From Lepidodermella squamata (taxonomy: Eukaryota > Animalia > Gastrotricha): 64,000 bases of DNA. Where the stretch lies: positions 124,001-188,000 of the forward strand of contig JBLDXI010000006.1 of NCBI GenBank assembly GCA_047495785.1, written 5' to 3'. Every line of letters starts with the position of its first letter. The first letter of the stretch is position 1. This document shows, piece after piece, positions 24,736-35,853 of the stretch. Under the pieces are notes generated by a model. The model was not told the origin of the DNA and made no database searches. It saw only the letters and a program-made list of their open reading frames with translations. Both the position numbers and the translations under genes were made by a program.

Positions 24736-24849
24736 ACCTGTTAAATAAAGTCATCATTTTTTAATATACGTTGTTATTTGCAATAAAAAAGATGTGCCTA
24801 GCGGGCACCGGCCAAATTTACTAAATACTAAACCATGGCATCTCATCCA

Positions 24850-25145
24850 TGGTAATCGCTCGAATTTCCTGCTCGAAAGGACATTCAGAGTTAGGGCTGA
24901 GCTAGCAGCAACTCCTGGATCTTCGCCATTTCTGGAGGAGTTCCGCGAGGTTCGCCACTCAGCCCCATCTTGTACTCACTGTACACAGCCTACATCGTTC
25001 AGCACCTCCCGAGCGAATGCATCTCGGCGTGTTTACTGACGACCTCGTGGCTGCGAAAAAACACGAGAGCGAGAAAATTTGGATAGATCGAGTGAATCAT
25101 TCATGCCAGCAAATTGGAAAATGATTTAACAAGTGGCGCTTGTAA
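24850..25145 (+). mobile_element. Degraded non-LTR retrotransposon (LINE) reverse-transcriptase fragment
   Basis: Frameshifted translation NFLLERTFRV...GVPRGSPLSPILYSLYT...FTDDL matches the RT motifs GVPQGSxLSP and YADD. Confidence 0.75.
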
Positions 25146-25860
25146 GTAAGTAAAATAGCAAGTGGCACTTGAAAATCAACGATTCCAGTAATTTTTATTG
25201 TAACAAAATTTGTGAATATTTGATGAAGCGGATCGGAACTTAGAAAAAATGAAATAAATACAATACAAACCTATAACCTATAGTTGATGGATTCCCAGTC
25301 GATCTGCACTGTCTTTCGACAGGAACGATGACGCCTTGAAGATTCTGATTTCCCAGGTAAGAGAAAAACAGAGCCCTTTATTTCCGAGATCAGCTTCATC
25401 ATTCCTCATTTCCAGACCGAGGGCGAAATACCCGTAGTCCTTAGCTTTCCCTCGCGCTCTCTGCTTTTGAGCGAGCCTCGAGCGAGATTTTGAAACGTTT
25501 TACGACAGCTGCTGTCCCTACATGTATCAAAAGGATGAAAAGCGCAGAAAAGATCAATTTACAAACTAAGGCTGGCTCGTTAGGCTAATCTATTGCTACC
25601 TTTAGATCACCATGGCGCTGAAGCAGCTGAATTCATGTCAAATATGGCTTCAAACAGCCAGTTCAAGACAGCATGTGAAACGCACGCTGTCAAATTCAAA
25701 TGCGTAAGAGATGCGGTAACATCTTTTTATTAGGATTACTCACGACTCCTGGGTCCTAATTGCATCCGGTAACATTTGAAGCTAATTTAAATCGTAATGA
25801 ACAGTTGACGGCTTTCTAAAGACTGTCACAAATGCTTCTTACGCTATATGATAAATTAAG

Positions 25861-28083
25861 ATGCTAAGGGTTATCTTTAGTTTTATGCTTCTTTGTGCTT
25901 CAGGAGTATCTCCACAGCGAATGGAAAATATTGCAAAAAAGTACAAACTGTTGTTATTCTCTACTGCAACCTGGACGGGATCAGAGCCCAGGGACGGCAA
26001 AATCTGCCAAGCTGCTATGCAGGTCGCTGTCAATACCGTCAACTCCCGTCGAGATTTCCTTCCCGACTACAATATTGAAGTTTCATTCGGCGATGAAGGT
26101 CCCTCGGCTGTACTTGCGCCCAGAACATTCGTCAACTTTCTTCGAAGTTCCGAAGAAAAGCTGGACGGCAAAACTACCTTTTTGGCGCCGGCTTTTGTAG
26201 GTAATGCTCTAATTTGCTCAACAACGGCGAATTTGGTTCGAGAAATGAAAATGGTTCAGTTCAGCCCAGGTTGCAGCGCCGCGGCTTTTGGAAACCGAAA
26301 ACTGTACCGCTATTTGTATCGCAATCGAATCTCTGCCGAGGCCGGATACCTAATCCCTCTGCTTTTCGCCTTCAACTACACGCCAGGCTATTGGAGGCAG
26401 ATGGGCGTCGTGAGTTATGAGTCAAACGGGCGAGTCAACCCTATGCTAATCAGTCGAGGCTGGGAGCCGCTGTACGAAGACGTCGAAACAGAAGTTACAG
26501 AGCAAGTTGTCATGAAACTAAGGAAAACCAACGCGAGGTTAGTGTATGTGGCGAATGGTAATCCTGGCCAATATGCTTTGTACATGTGCATAGCCCATCG
26601 ATTGGGCATCCGCCCACCTCAATACCTATTCCTATCAGGTGCATCTAACTTCAACGACCCATACGCGCCAGAGTTGAAATTGCCACCGAACTGCACGCGA
26701 GAAATGTTTGCCGACCAAATGAGAGCAACCATTTGGGGTGGTCCGTTTGACTTTGCGATCGAGCCCCACGGCAGGACAGTTTTCGGCTACGACGGTGTGG
26801 AATTCGATGCGTACCTAGATCAGTTAACGAACAATTCTCGATCGGCTGATTATTCAAGGCGACATCGGTGCTTCGACACAATGGCTCAAACTCTGCTATC
26901 CCTAGACAAGGCCGATCGCTACCTAAATGCTAGTTACAACAAATCCCTAAAAGATTTCGACAAGGACCCGAATTCAATTCGGAATGCTGTAAACAAAGCT
27001 GCGGCTGAGACGGATTTCAATGGTCTGAGAATTGGAAGGATCAAGTACAGCGAGCGGTTGGAAGTTGACGATGAGATTCAGTACATAACGCAATGGTTCA
27101 ACGGATCTATGCGGATCCTGTATGTCGTGAAGTATAATGGTTCAAACGCGAGTTTCATCCACGATATTAGAGCTTATTCAATAGAGAAGACCAACGATCC
27201 TATTTGGGACTTTACCAGGGATGGCCATCCTCCGAAAGACCTTTCCCATCTACAGCATCGATACAATCTTATTCCGATCGAGAGTTTTAGTATCTTCGGA
27301 TGTCTCGTAGCATTTAGTTCTTTTTGTCTCTTAGTTTTCATTCGGTTTGGATTCAGACGTTCCACAAACTTCAAACTAGATTCAATCATCATTCTTGCAT
27401 GTTTCCTTTGTGATCTATCGGCGGTGTTAATGCTTTCGACTGGAATGGTTGTTTCCAACTTGATGTGCGTATTTCATACCGTGATTTTGATGACTGGAAT
27501 GTCAATCCTCGATGGATCTATGATTTTTCGTATGGTTGTACTCGTTCGAAGGATTTCAAATTTTTCGAAACATCGATCTCCGACTGATACTCGTTACCTG
27601 TCCTCCATTTATTGTGAAAAATTGACATTTTTATATCTTGCAATTTTCTTTGCCCTTAACCTCGCATCAACCATAGCAATTCTCGCGATAGATCCGTTAC
27701 TAATGATTGCAGCCAGCGATCCGCCTAATTATGACCCGTATGTAGATACGTATTACGACGTGACTCGGTACTACTGTTCTTCAAGTTTCGCCAATTACTG
27801 GATGCTAGCTATAGGATGTTTCCACCTACTCCTTCTCGTCCTGTCTAGCTTTCTCGTCTATGAAACACGACGAGCTTCAGTGCGGCAGAATCTTAGTCTC
27901 GAATTTAAAACCATACGTCTAGCTGTGTTGAATGCAACTATCATGTTGGGGGCGATGATCGTGATTTTGGAAATTTTACCGGGTGAAAGTTCCAACTTAA
28001 TATTGAGCATTTTTGCGTACGGTGTTTTGATTTACGCTAACAGTTCCACTGCCATAATTATGATACCTAAATTATGTTTCTGA
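25861..28083 (+). CDS. GABA-B-like class C GPCR, intronless tandem duplicate of 22513-24735
   Basis: Colinear and highly similar to the preceding gene, with similar 5' and 3' flanks. Confidence 0.9.
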   Translation: MLRVIFSFMLLCASGVSPQRMENIAKKYKLLLFSTATWTGSEPRDGKICQAAMQVAVNTVNSRRDFLPDYNIEVSFGDEGPSAVLAPRTFVNFLRSSEEKLDGKTTFLAPAFVGNALICSTTANLVREMKMVQFSPGCSAAAFGNRKLYRYLYRNRISAEAGYLIPLLFAFNYTPGYWRQMGVVSYESNGRVNPMLISRGWEPLYEDVETEVTEQVVMKLRKTNARLVYVANGNPGQYALYMCIAHRLGIRPPQYLFLSGASNFNDPYAPELKLPPNCTREMFADQMRATIWGGPFDFAIEPHGRTVFGYDGVEFDAYLDQLTNNSRSADYSRRHRCFDTMAQTLLSLDKADRYLNASYNKSLKDFDKDPNSIRNAVNKAAAETDFNGLRIGRIKYSERLEVDDEIQYITQWFNGSMRILYVVKYNGSNASFIHDIRAYSIEKTNDPIWDFTRDGHPPKDLSHLQHRYNLIPIESFSIFGCLVAFSSFCLLVFIRFGFRRSTNFKLDSIIILACFLCDLSAVLMLSTGMVVSNLMCVFHTVILMTGMSILDGSMIFRMVVLVRRISNFSKHRSPTDTRYLSSIYCEKLTFLYLAIFFALNLASTIAILAIDPLLMIAASDPPNYDPYVDTYYDVTRYYCSSSFANYWMLAIGCFHLLLLVLSSFLVYETRRASVRQNLSLEFKTIRLAVLNATIMLGAMIVILEILPGESSNLILSIFAYGVLIYANSSTAIIMIPKLCF

Positions 28084-29732
28084 GGCTTTTGAGTAATTTT
28101 TAATTGAAATACGATGTTGGCAATAAAAATATTGGATGTGCGCCAAGTGGACATCGTAAAATTGGCTGCCAGCTGTATTACTCCCAAATACGGAGTTTCA
28201 CATTTGCATGTCGTACCGTTATGAGCAAACCGCCCTAATTGGCAATTGGGTTACCCTGAAGAGAAATTTCTCTAAAAATCCACTTTTTAAGCAAATTAAT
28301 AATTCCCAAAATAATTATTTCCCAAAACGATACATCGATGACCGATAATCGTGGTATTTTATATTTATTCTCAACTTATTATCATTTTTCGGCATTAATG
28401 GCTGGAAATTTCAAATAATACTCAAATTAAAATTTTCGTCAACGTTAAGGACGTCAACCCTAAGCAGTTTCATTTCTGGTTCCCCAGTTCTAGTATATGG
28501 TCACCTTGCTTGAATTTTCGGATTCCTTTTTTCCAAAGCAGTTGATGCTAGAGACTCTTCCAACCTCCATGAAATCCGATTTCTGTGAACTAGGGGGTTG
28601 AGGTTACTTTTTAGACTGCGAATTGCTTCAGATGACGAAATTAACCAGTCGGAACTAAGATCATTATCTTGAACCTGGAAGGTTCAGCAAAAGTTTCAGC
28701 TGCCAACTATGATCTATCAGTCGGTTTTTGGTTGAACTTCGGGATAGCTTTATTATATCTCTACCAACCCACTTAGTTAGGAATTTAATCAGTTAGCAAC
28801 CTTTTTAGGCTTACAGGAGGAAATATTCGGAGTTTCTAGATACTGTCAATTATTGTCCTTAGCGATATCTGATATCTCCATCTTGGGCATATTGCCTCAT
28901 GGGTTATCCCAATTGCCTTTTGGGAGGATTGCCTAAAACGGTACGACATTCACATTCTCCTTTGAATCGCAATTTTAATAATTCTCGTACTTGTCGTACT
29001 CGATTTTATCAATTAATCGATCTATTGGTTTTTCTTTCCGATAAAGCCAATATTGGTAATATTGGTTCCACAACTATACCTGAGAATGCTAGGCATAAAA
29101 ATTCCCAGAGTCAGGATTTATGTATATGACCTGAACATTAAGCTGGGCTGCTGATGACGGCGGTGTGAATTGGATGTTAAGAAAGAAATGAATCGATTCG
29201 CTAATTGTTATTGCAATGAAACAGCCGCCGAGTTGCCCCCATTTCGTCCCTATCATACCCCAAACCCCAATACACATTTTCGACCAGTTTTCGATCGGGA
29301 TTTAGCCATCGATCAACCATCAACATGTAGACTTATTTTTGTTGTTTTGTGTGATTAAAAAATTTCCATTAAACAATTAAAATGTCCCTTTGTTTCCGCT
29401 CTAAAGCTAACATGTCCCTCTAGACTGAGAGGAGAATGCTACATCAGAATTTAAGAGAAATTCGGAATTGAAAAACTGAAAAAATAATGAACTCATTTTG
29501 CATGTTATTTTAGCAGACGCTCTTCTATTTTGACCTGATTTTCAGGCCAATTTTCACAAATTAGTGCTGTTACGATTCTCAATTACGCAACACATGCGGC
29601 GCATCCAATCATCACTGAGTCACGCCTCGACTATTTCAACTCGCCGCAATTCGCAAAGCAATCACCAGTCTATCAAACACATTTCGAATTTCACTCTCAT
29701 TTTTCGACAACAACAACTACAACATCAGCAAC

Positions 29733-30005
29733 ATGGATTCGATCAAGAGCGCCTACTACAGCCTGACTGGCGCGACGAAGTCAAGCACGGCCGATGCGGC
29801 GAGTGGCTTGTCGACCGGCGCCGCCCAACTGGCGACCAGTGCCCAGGAATCGTCGCTGATGGACGCGCAACGCAAGGCCGAGATCGACGCTGAGCGAAAC
29901 CGCCAGGCAGCTGTCGACCACGCCCGGGAAGCTGCTCAGAAGGCCGAGGAAGCTGCACGTGCTGCTGAAGAAGCTGCTCGAGCTGCATCAACCACAACCC
30001 GTTGA
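29733..30005 (+). CDS. Small Ala-rich hydrophilic protein (LEA-like helical repeat)
   Basis: Good start context (caacATGg), GC-rich coding island, and AEEAARA repeats with no hydrophobic segment. Confidence 0.6.
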   Translation: MDSIKSAYYSLTGATKSSTADAASGLSTGAAQLATSAQESSLMDAQRKAEIDAERNRQAAVDHAREAAQKAEEAARAAEEAARAASTTTR

Positions 30006-30149
30006 ATTTCTCCGAATTTCGCCGGCTTATTTCGGCACAAAAAAATGACCTGTTTTTTTTCTTCATCATCATTTTACGATATACGCAATTCTTTTTATTA
30101 TTTCAATCGATTTGTACTCACGTGTGTGATTTTTAATTGTAATAATTAA

Positions 30150-32311
30150 TTACAGTATGTAGTAAAGAAGTATAGGGCTGAGAATTGTGCACAAAAGTCC
30201 GAAAATAAACAAGCCAATGTCGATTTTACCGAGTATTTTTGCCAATTTACCTCGCAGTTTCTCGTCAATGAATCCTGTCAAAAATGAACATTTTTTTATT
30301 GCGAAAAATTAATAAAATTATTCTGAAGCAATTTTTGATTTTTTTTAATTTGATTTAAAATGTGAAATTTTGCTAATTCCAGTGAATACGGGTTAATTTT
30401 TGACCTTTGTCACTTGACTTTGCAGATGATTAACCTTTCGGGGGTGATGGTTGGAAAATGCGATTTTCAGCATAAAATGCATCGTCCCGTAAGATTTTTT
30501 GCTTGACTTTAAAATCAAAGTGATTGGACCTATATTAAATCGTCAATAAAATACAATTAGTTTGACCTCAGATGGCATTTTCGTTTATTTCCCATATTTT
30601 TTAAATTTTCAAATATTTTAAAATTATTTGTTCGGCTTGGAATATTCGCTTCCCTTGAGTATTTTGTTCCGACGGTGAGTTCAGGGAAGCTACCTTAAAG
30701 ACCTGATAACCTGATTTTTTTAATTAACCGGTGCCCCAATTAAAAAAAACGGTTTGCAAATTGTTTGACCACAATTTTCAGGAGGAATCTTGAAACTCAT
30801 GAGCCCGTTACATATTATGCAAATGAGCGTCTACAATTACCCGCTAAATTTTCAAGGTTAGCCATAGAATTGAATTACAAACAATCAGGCAAGATCCGGA
30901 AATTTTTCAAAAATCATAGATAAATCATGATTGATTTTGCCCTTCTTTGGGTCGAATTTCACAAATTTTTGTGAAAAAGCTGTGATCATACCTTTGAAAA
31001 ACATTAATATATTAATTTCATCATTTCTGGCTTCGGATGCTATAAGGGCGGAAATTGACAGTAAGAGAATTTCCCGAAGAAATGAAGCGGCAAATGATTT
31101 TTAAAATACCTGGAAAATTTATCGATTTAAAAATTTATAAAAAAAATTGAAATCTTAAATTTAGGTATTTTTATATAAATGTTAAATTCATAAATCGATG
31201 AATGTATACATTTTTTAAATTATTTATTTGAAATTTCCGTCTCACCTGTTCGGACTGACATGATGTAGACTGAAAGTATCGCTTGAAGGATGAAAATTGT
31301 GTTCAGGCAAGACAGCGTGCTGATGAACCACAACAGGGCCGAATTGCTGATTTTCGGCAGCGAACTCGTCACGGTTGACTGGATGACCCAAAACGCGAGC
31401 AGAATCGTGACTAGAAAACTCGACTTTTCAACGGTATCAGACGGGCAAAACAGCGCGGCTAGTTGCAACACGGCGACGACGCAACTCGGCAAAATTATTG
31501 TCTGCACATGGTAGCCGGGCAGGCGGCGGGCAGTGAAGCGGAACGACACAACACTGCGGCCATTAACGCCCGAATTAACGCTCGCGTTGATGCCGACAAG
31601 ATCCCAAATTGGCCCGCCGATAGATGCGCTGTCTTTGCCCAGTAAATACCCGACTGAATCGAGATTTTTCCCGGCAATCGACCCAACACTCAACGCGACT
31701 TGTTCCTCGTGGATTAAAGGCGCCCATAAGAATTCGCAGGTGTGTGTATCGAACGGGAACCATTTGATATTAGCCTCCATAGGGCAATTCGCGTGGAAAT
31801 ACGAGTAGATGTACCATGTGCTTGTACTATTTGACTGGTACGTTTTGTCGCCAATCGCCGTCCAACTTACTGTTACCTGAGTTATATCTCGAATTTGCGT
31901 GAAAAGTTCCGGGTTTCTCGGGTCGTTGAATTGCCATAAAACAGGCACCCAGATTCGATTGGCCGAAATTTGATAGTCGACGTAGTTCGGCGTCATCGAC
32001 CTGCCCAAGGCTGAGATCGAATCGTCGAACCATTTCAGCTTTATCCGGCCCGTGAATGACATGATTTCTTCGATGTCGTCGATTCCGTTGAAGGTCGTAA
32101 TCGAAAGTGAAAAATTGACCTGGTTTGGGTATTGCCCTAATGACGTTGGAACCGGCTGCACGCCTGGTGGGTCATTTTCGGCCAATGACTCGGCTAATCG
32201 CTTAGTTTCCGAGTAGATTTTCTGCGATTCCTCGCGACCACTCGAGGCTTTGATAGCCGACGAAGGATTTGCAAAATACAGGAATATTGTCAGAATTATT
32301 GGAAAATTCAT
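30150..32311 (-). CDS. Divergent pentameric (Cys-loop) ligand-gated ion channel subunit; exons 32311-31246, 30274-30150
   Basis: Signal peptide, 'W.D', 'IWVP', Cys-loop 'CPMEANIKWFPFDTHTC' and M1-M3. A phase-1 intron joins an M4 exon (GFIDEKLRGKLAKILGKIDIGLFIFGLLCTILSPILLYYIL*). Confidence 0.85.
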
Positions 32312-32965
32312 TTTTTAGGTTTTAAGTTTTGCAAAATAATACTCATCCGCGCTTTCTTCAGAACTTGGTTTGTTTATTTTCAATCAAATTTCTTAGTCAA
32401 CATCGCCGCCTTCAAATCGTTATAATCGGCTGATTTTCCAATATTGGGTGACTACAACCATTAATCATTAAAGGTTAGAAAAGTAACTCAAGTTAGCTGG
32501 TTCTCTGATTCGCTAAATTGTGAGACCTTGGCACGATGGCATTTTCGAAGATTTCCAACATTTTTGAAATTTTAAAATATTTAAACAAATTTAAATGTCA
32601 TTTGCAATTAAAATTAATTTTCTATTTTAACGTAAAAACGCGATTTTTATTCAAGTTTATAGTCATACACTTTTATTTTGAAGGGCGAAAAATCAAATAA
32701 AAATTTAAATTGAAAAAAATCATGAATCATCTTTGTCAAGTTTAGAGGCTAGAACCGTAGTTCAGGTTAGCTGGTTCTATGAATTTCTACCTTCTCAGCT
32801 GTAGCGTGGGTCGAACAGTAGCAGGGCTCAAGTAATGACTTGTTTTATTGTATTCGGAAATTTACCATAAATGAAAGAACCTATAGCTTTGGGTTAGGGT
32901 TAAGTATTTTCAACTTGCTGACATCTTCACGGCTTTTTCTCACTTCAGCAATCATGTGATGATTT

Positions 32966-33393
32966 TCAGCCCATAGTATACGCTACTACAGAGGCCGGCA
33001 GTTTAGCCATCCCGCCATTCGGCTTGCAGTTGTAGTACAATGTGCAGATTTTCTTGGCGCTGTCGTACGTAAAGCCGATAGCGCCCGAAGCTTTGCCTTT
33101 ACAGAGATCTATTGTTTCAGATTGGCGAATACTACCGGAATGTGTTCGCTATTGCAAATCGAGCCGGCTGGCTTGAAAGGCGACATTCTCTTTAGCATAG
33201 CATTTTCTATAGACGGAATCAAAATTGAGAAATGCCGAAGGTGCTGATATAATCTCTTACCCTTCTCGGCATTTTTCGCCAACTGCTCGTTAGTTATTCC
33301 CAGAAGTTTCAGACGATCAGCAGCACCATCGGCAGTAGCAACAGCAGCTATAACCGCCATGAAAGCTGCTACATAAATGATCTTTTTCGCCAT
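32966..33393 (-). CDS. Small secreted protein with PAN/Apple-like C-terminus; splice or frame uncertain, possibly a pseudogene
   Basis: Signal peptide MAKKIIYVAAFMAVIAAVATA with a gtaag donor near 33260. A downstream frame reads DLCKGKASGAIGFTYDSAKKICTLYYNC. Confidence 0.45.
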
Positions 33394-35078
33394 ATTGGAA
33401 ATAGGAATTAAAGAAAAACGATAATAGGTATTCAATTAAGAAAGAATAAAGCTGAATAATGAATATTATGACGGAGGATGAACGCGATTCGATGCAAAGT
33501 TATTACCCTTTGTCCTACCAGCTGCTTGTTATTGCTTACTTGGTAGCCACCTTAAATGGTGTTGTATCGCTGCCCCTCATTACCAGGTAAAGAGATCACA
33601 GTATTTGTTTTAGCGATGAAATTTTCACCTCCTCGCCGTTTGTCCTAATTACACCAATTTTTTATGCCGGTCAAGGACAATAATGAAAACGTGTGAATAT
33701 TTTTAATATTATTAATACTTGCGTAAGAAGCGGAAATTAAGGAGGTTCCGAAATTGAGGGGCAAAATAGTCTGTATCTGTATCGGGAAACTACACTTTTC
33801 ACTAGTGAAGTTCATTTTCTCGGCTTGGTGCAGATAATGTTTGAACAACGCGGTTCCCAAAAATTGTCCAATGTTGCGTGATTTTGGATGGAAGTCTCCA
33901 CTGAGAACTGAAAATAATCAAATGAGAAATAAAAGGCATAAATAAAATGAAATAAATACATTGTTTTTGGCTTCAAATTTCACTAGCGAGTCTTGAAACT
34001 CACGAGCAGGCCGCTGATTATTCAAATGAGCGTACAAAATTAACCAAGCAGGTTATCGGCCACTTTTATTTGTTAATTTTTCAAAATTCAGGTACAAAAT
34101 CAGGTTAAAATCCTGAAAATTTGCGAAAAATCAGGAATTACCTTGCACACCCTGGCCTCAAATTAAGGATCTTTTGCCGATGTTTGAGCTTCGAAAAATT
34201 AGTTTGACCAAATTTACCCTGCAGGGAATTCAACATCATAATGAAATGCCATCAAGTAAACTGGCAATAATGGCGATGCAGTTTTCAGGTAACATATTTG
34301 CTTCCATAAGTCAAACCAGGTGTTTCAAATCTGTGTTCTATTTGCGTTTTCGGCACGCGAGCATTTCATTTTCAGCTCTTCAAACTACATACGCTATCTC
34401 TCATCTTCTACGCTAGATATACACAAGAAGACTTAACACAGCGCTGACGATTTGTATTTGATCTTGCTAGTATATGCTATATGAAAGGTTTTTTTACTAC
34501 TATTACAAAAATGGCTGCATGCCATTCACGAGCTGAATAATATGTATCACGCGGCAAAACTGTCCATTGTACACACGCTCCATTCAAAGTCGGCCATTTT
34601 TTTAAACACTCTATTCTCTTATTTTTTCCCCACTATTCTTATCAAAATTTGAAACCTATATTCATGCAATACCAGCGTTGTTTCATATCATTTTGCTGAT
34701 GAGTCACCTTTTGGCTAAAAAATTGGTCTTCTTATTGACTTTAGCCAAGCCTTAAAATGTTGTGTTAATTTCCTTTAATTTTTTTTCCTTCACTTTCCTT
34801 CACTTTCCTACAATTTCACTTTCAATTTAAAAATTCAAAATTCAAAACTAAATCATAATTTTGGTAATTTTTTCTGAAATTTATCTGTTATTCTAGAAAT
34901 AAATTCTCAGTGAATTAGGTATATACTGAATTTTCGCTCGAAATTACGGGTCTAATTTTATAATTAATTGAATATTAATTCGACCTGAAATTAGTGAAAA
35001 ATGAAAAATGTATTCCAGAAGATCACTTGGAGAATTTTTTAATTTAGAAAATTTATCTCTAGATATAGGTTGAAGAAA

Positions 35079-35594
35079 ATGATTTTACAGTTGATTTTCG
35101 GAGCCGCCTCTGTCGCGTGCATGATTTCTCACGGCTATTTCGGCTACGAGCACGGCAAGCTGCTCATCGGCAAAGACCTGCCAAACTACGCCGCCGATCC
35201 GGAGCTGCTCCACGACCACACGCCAACGAAATTTCTCATCGAAATCGCAACTGTCACAACGAGTTTCCTACTCATCTCGTACTGGCGCGGCAAGCTGTCC
35301 GTCTGCCACGGTTCAATAGCCGCGCTGCATCTCGCCGGCCATCTCGCCTACTCGCTGATGTGGCCCGGGCGCGGCGAGACGCCGAACATGTTTGTCGGGT
35401 CGATTTTCGACTGGTACCTGCACGCCGATGCGGCGACTCGCATCGCGAAGAATGGCTATTTCTTGTACCTGGCTAATGCCGGCGGCATTGTTTTTGACAT
35501 TTACTACTTTCATGTGTTTTTCATTCAATCACTCATCAAGGGCATGTTTGGGACGTCGCATGTCGCTGAAGACGCCAAGGCAAAGACGAATTGA
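35079..35594 (+). CDS. 4-TM His-rich membrane protein with KxKxx tail (paralogue of 49333-49833)
   Basis: GC-rich coding island with four hydrophobic segments. Alignable to 49333-49833. The start codon is uncertain (a possible acceptor at about 35090). Confidence 0.75.
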   Translation: MILQLIFGAASVACMISHGYFGYEHGKLLIGKDLPNYAADPELLHDHTPTKFLIEIATVTTSFLLISYWRGKLSVCHGSIAALHLAGHLAYSLMWPGRGETPNMFVGSIFDWYLHADAATRIAKNGYFLYLANAGGIVFDIYYFHVFFIQSLIKGMFGTSHVAEDAKAKTN

Positions 35595-35853
35595 ATGAAA
35601 AAATTCAGAATAAAATAAGCGAGCGTGCTTTCAACCACAGAGTTTCTAAATAATCGAAATCAATTTTCAGAGATTTATTTTTTCGAACTTTTTTAAGGAA
35701 AGGTTTCAATATATGGCAAGTAATTGAGAGAAGCTGATATTTTTGGGGTCATAACTGAGGTCATTTTGAATGCGACCCAGCGTGAATATTCAAATGAGGG
35801 TCAAATAGGAGCTGAAATAAATGAATGAAAATAACCTGAAAAAACGGTGAAAC

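Noticed and set aside
31020-31110. Alternative last exon of the ion channel
   Set aside because: Splicing here gives a stop with no M4 helix. The exon at 30274-30150 supplies M4.
30571-34155. Shared fragments (30571-30630 vs 32536-32590; 30788-30840 vs 33991-34045, with octamer-like atgcaaat/attcaaat)
   Set aside because: Probably remnants of an old repeat. I could not define ends or a TSD, so neither a regulatory nor an element call is supported.
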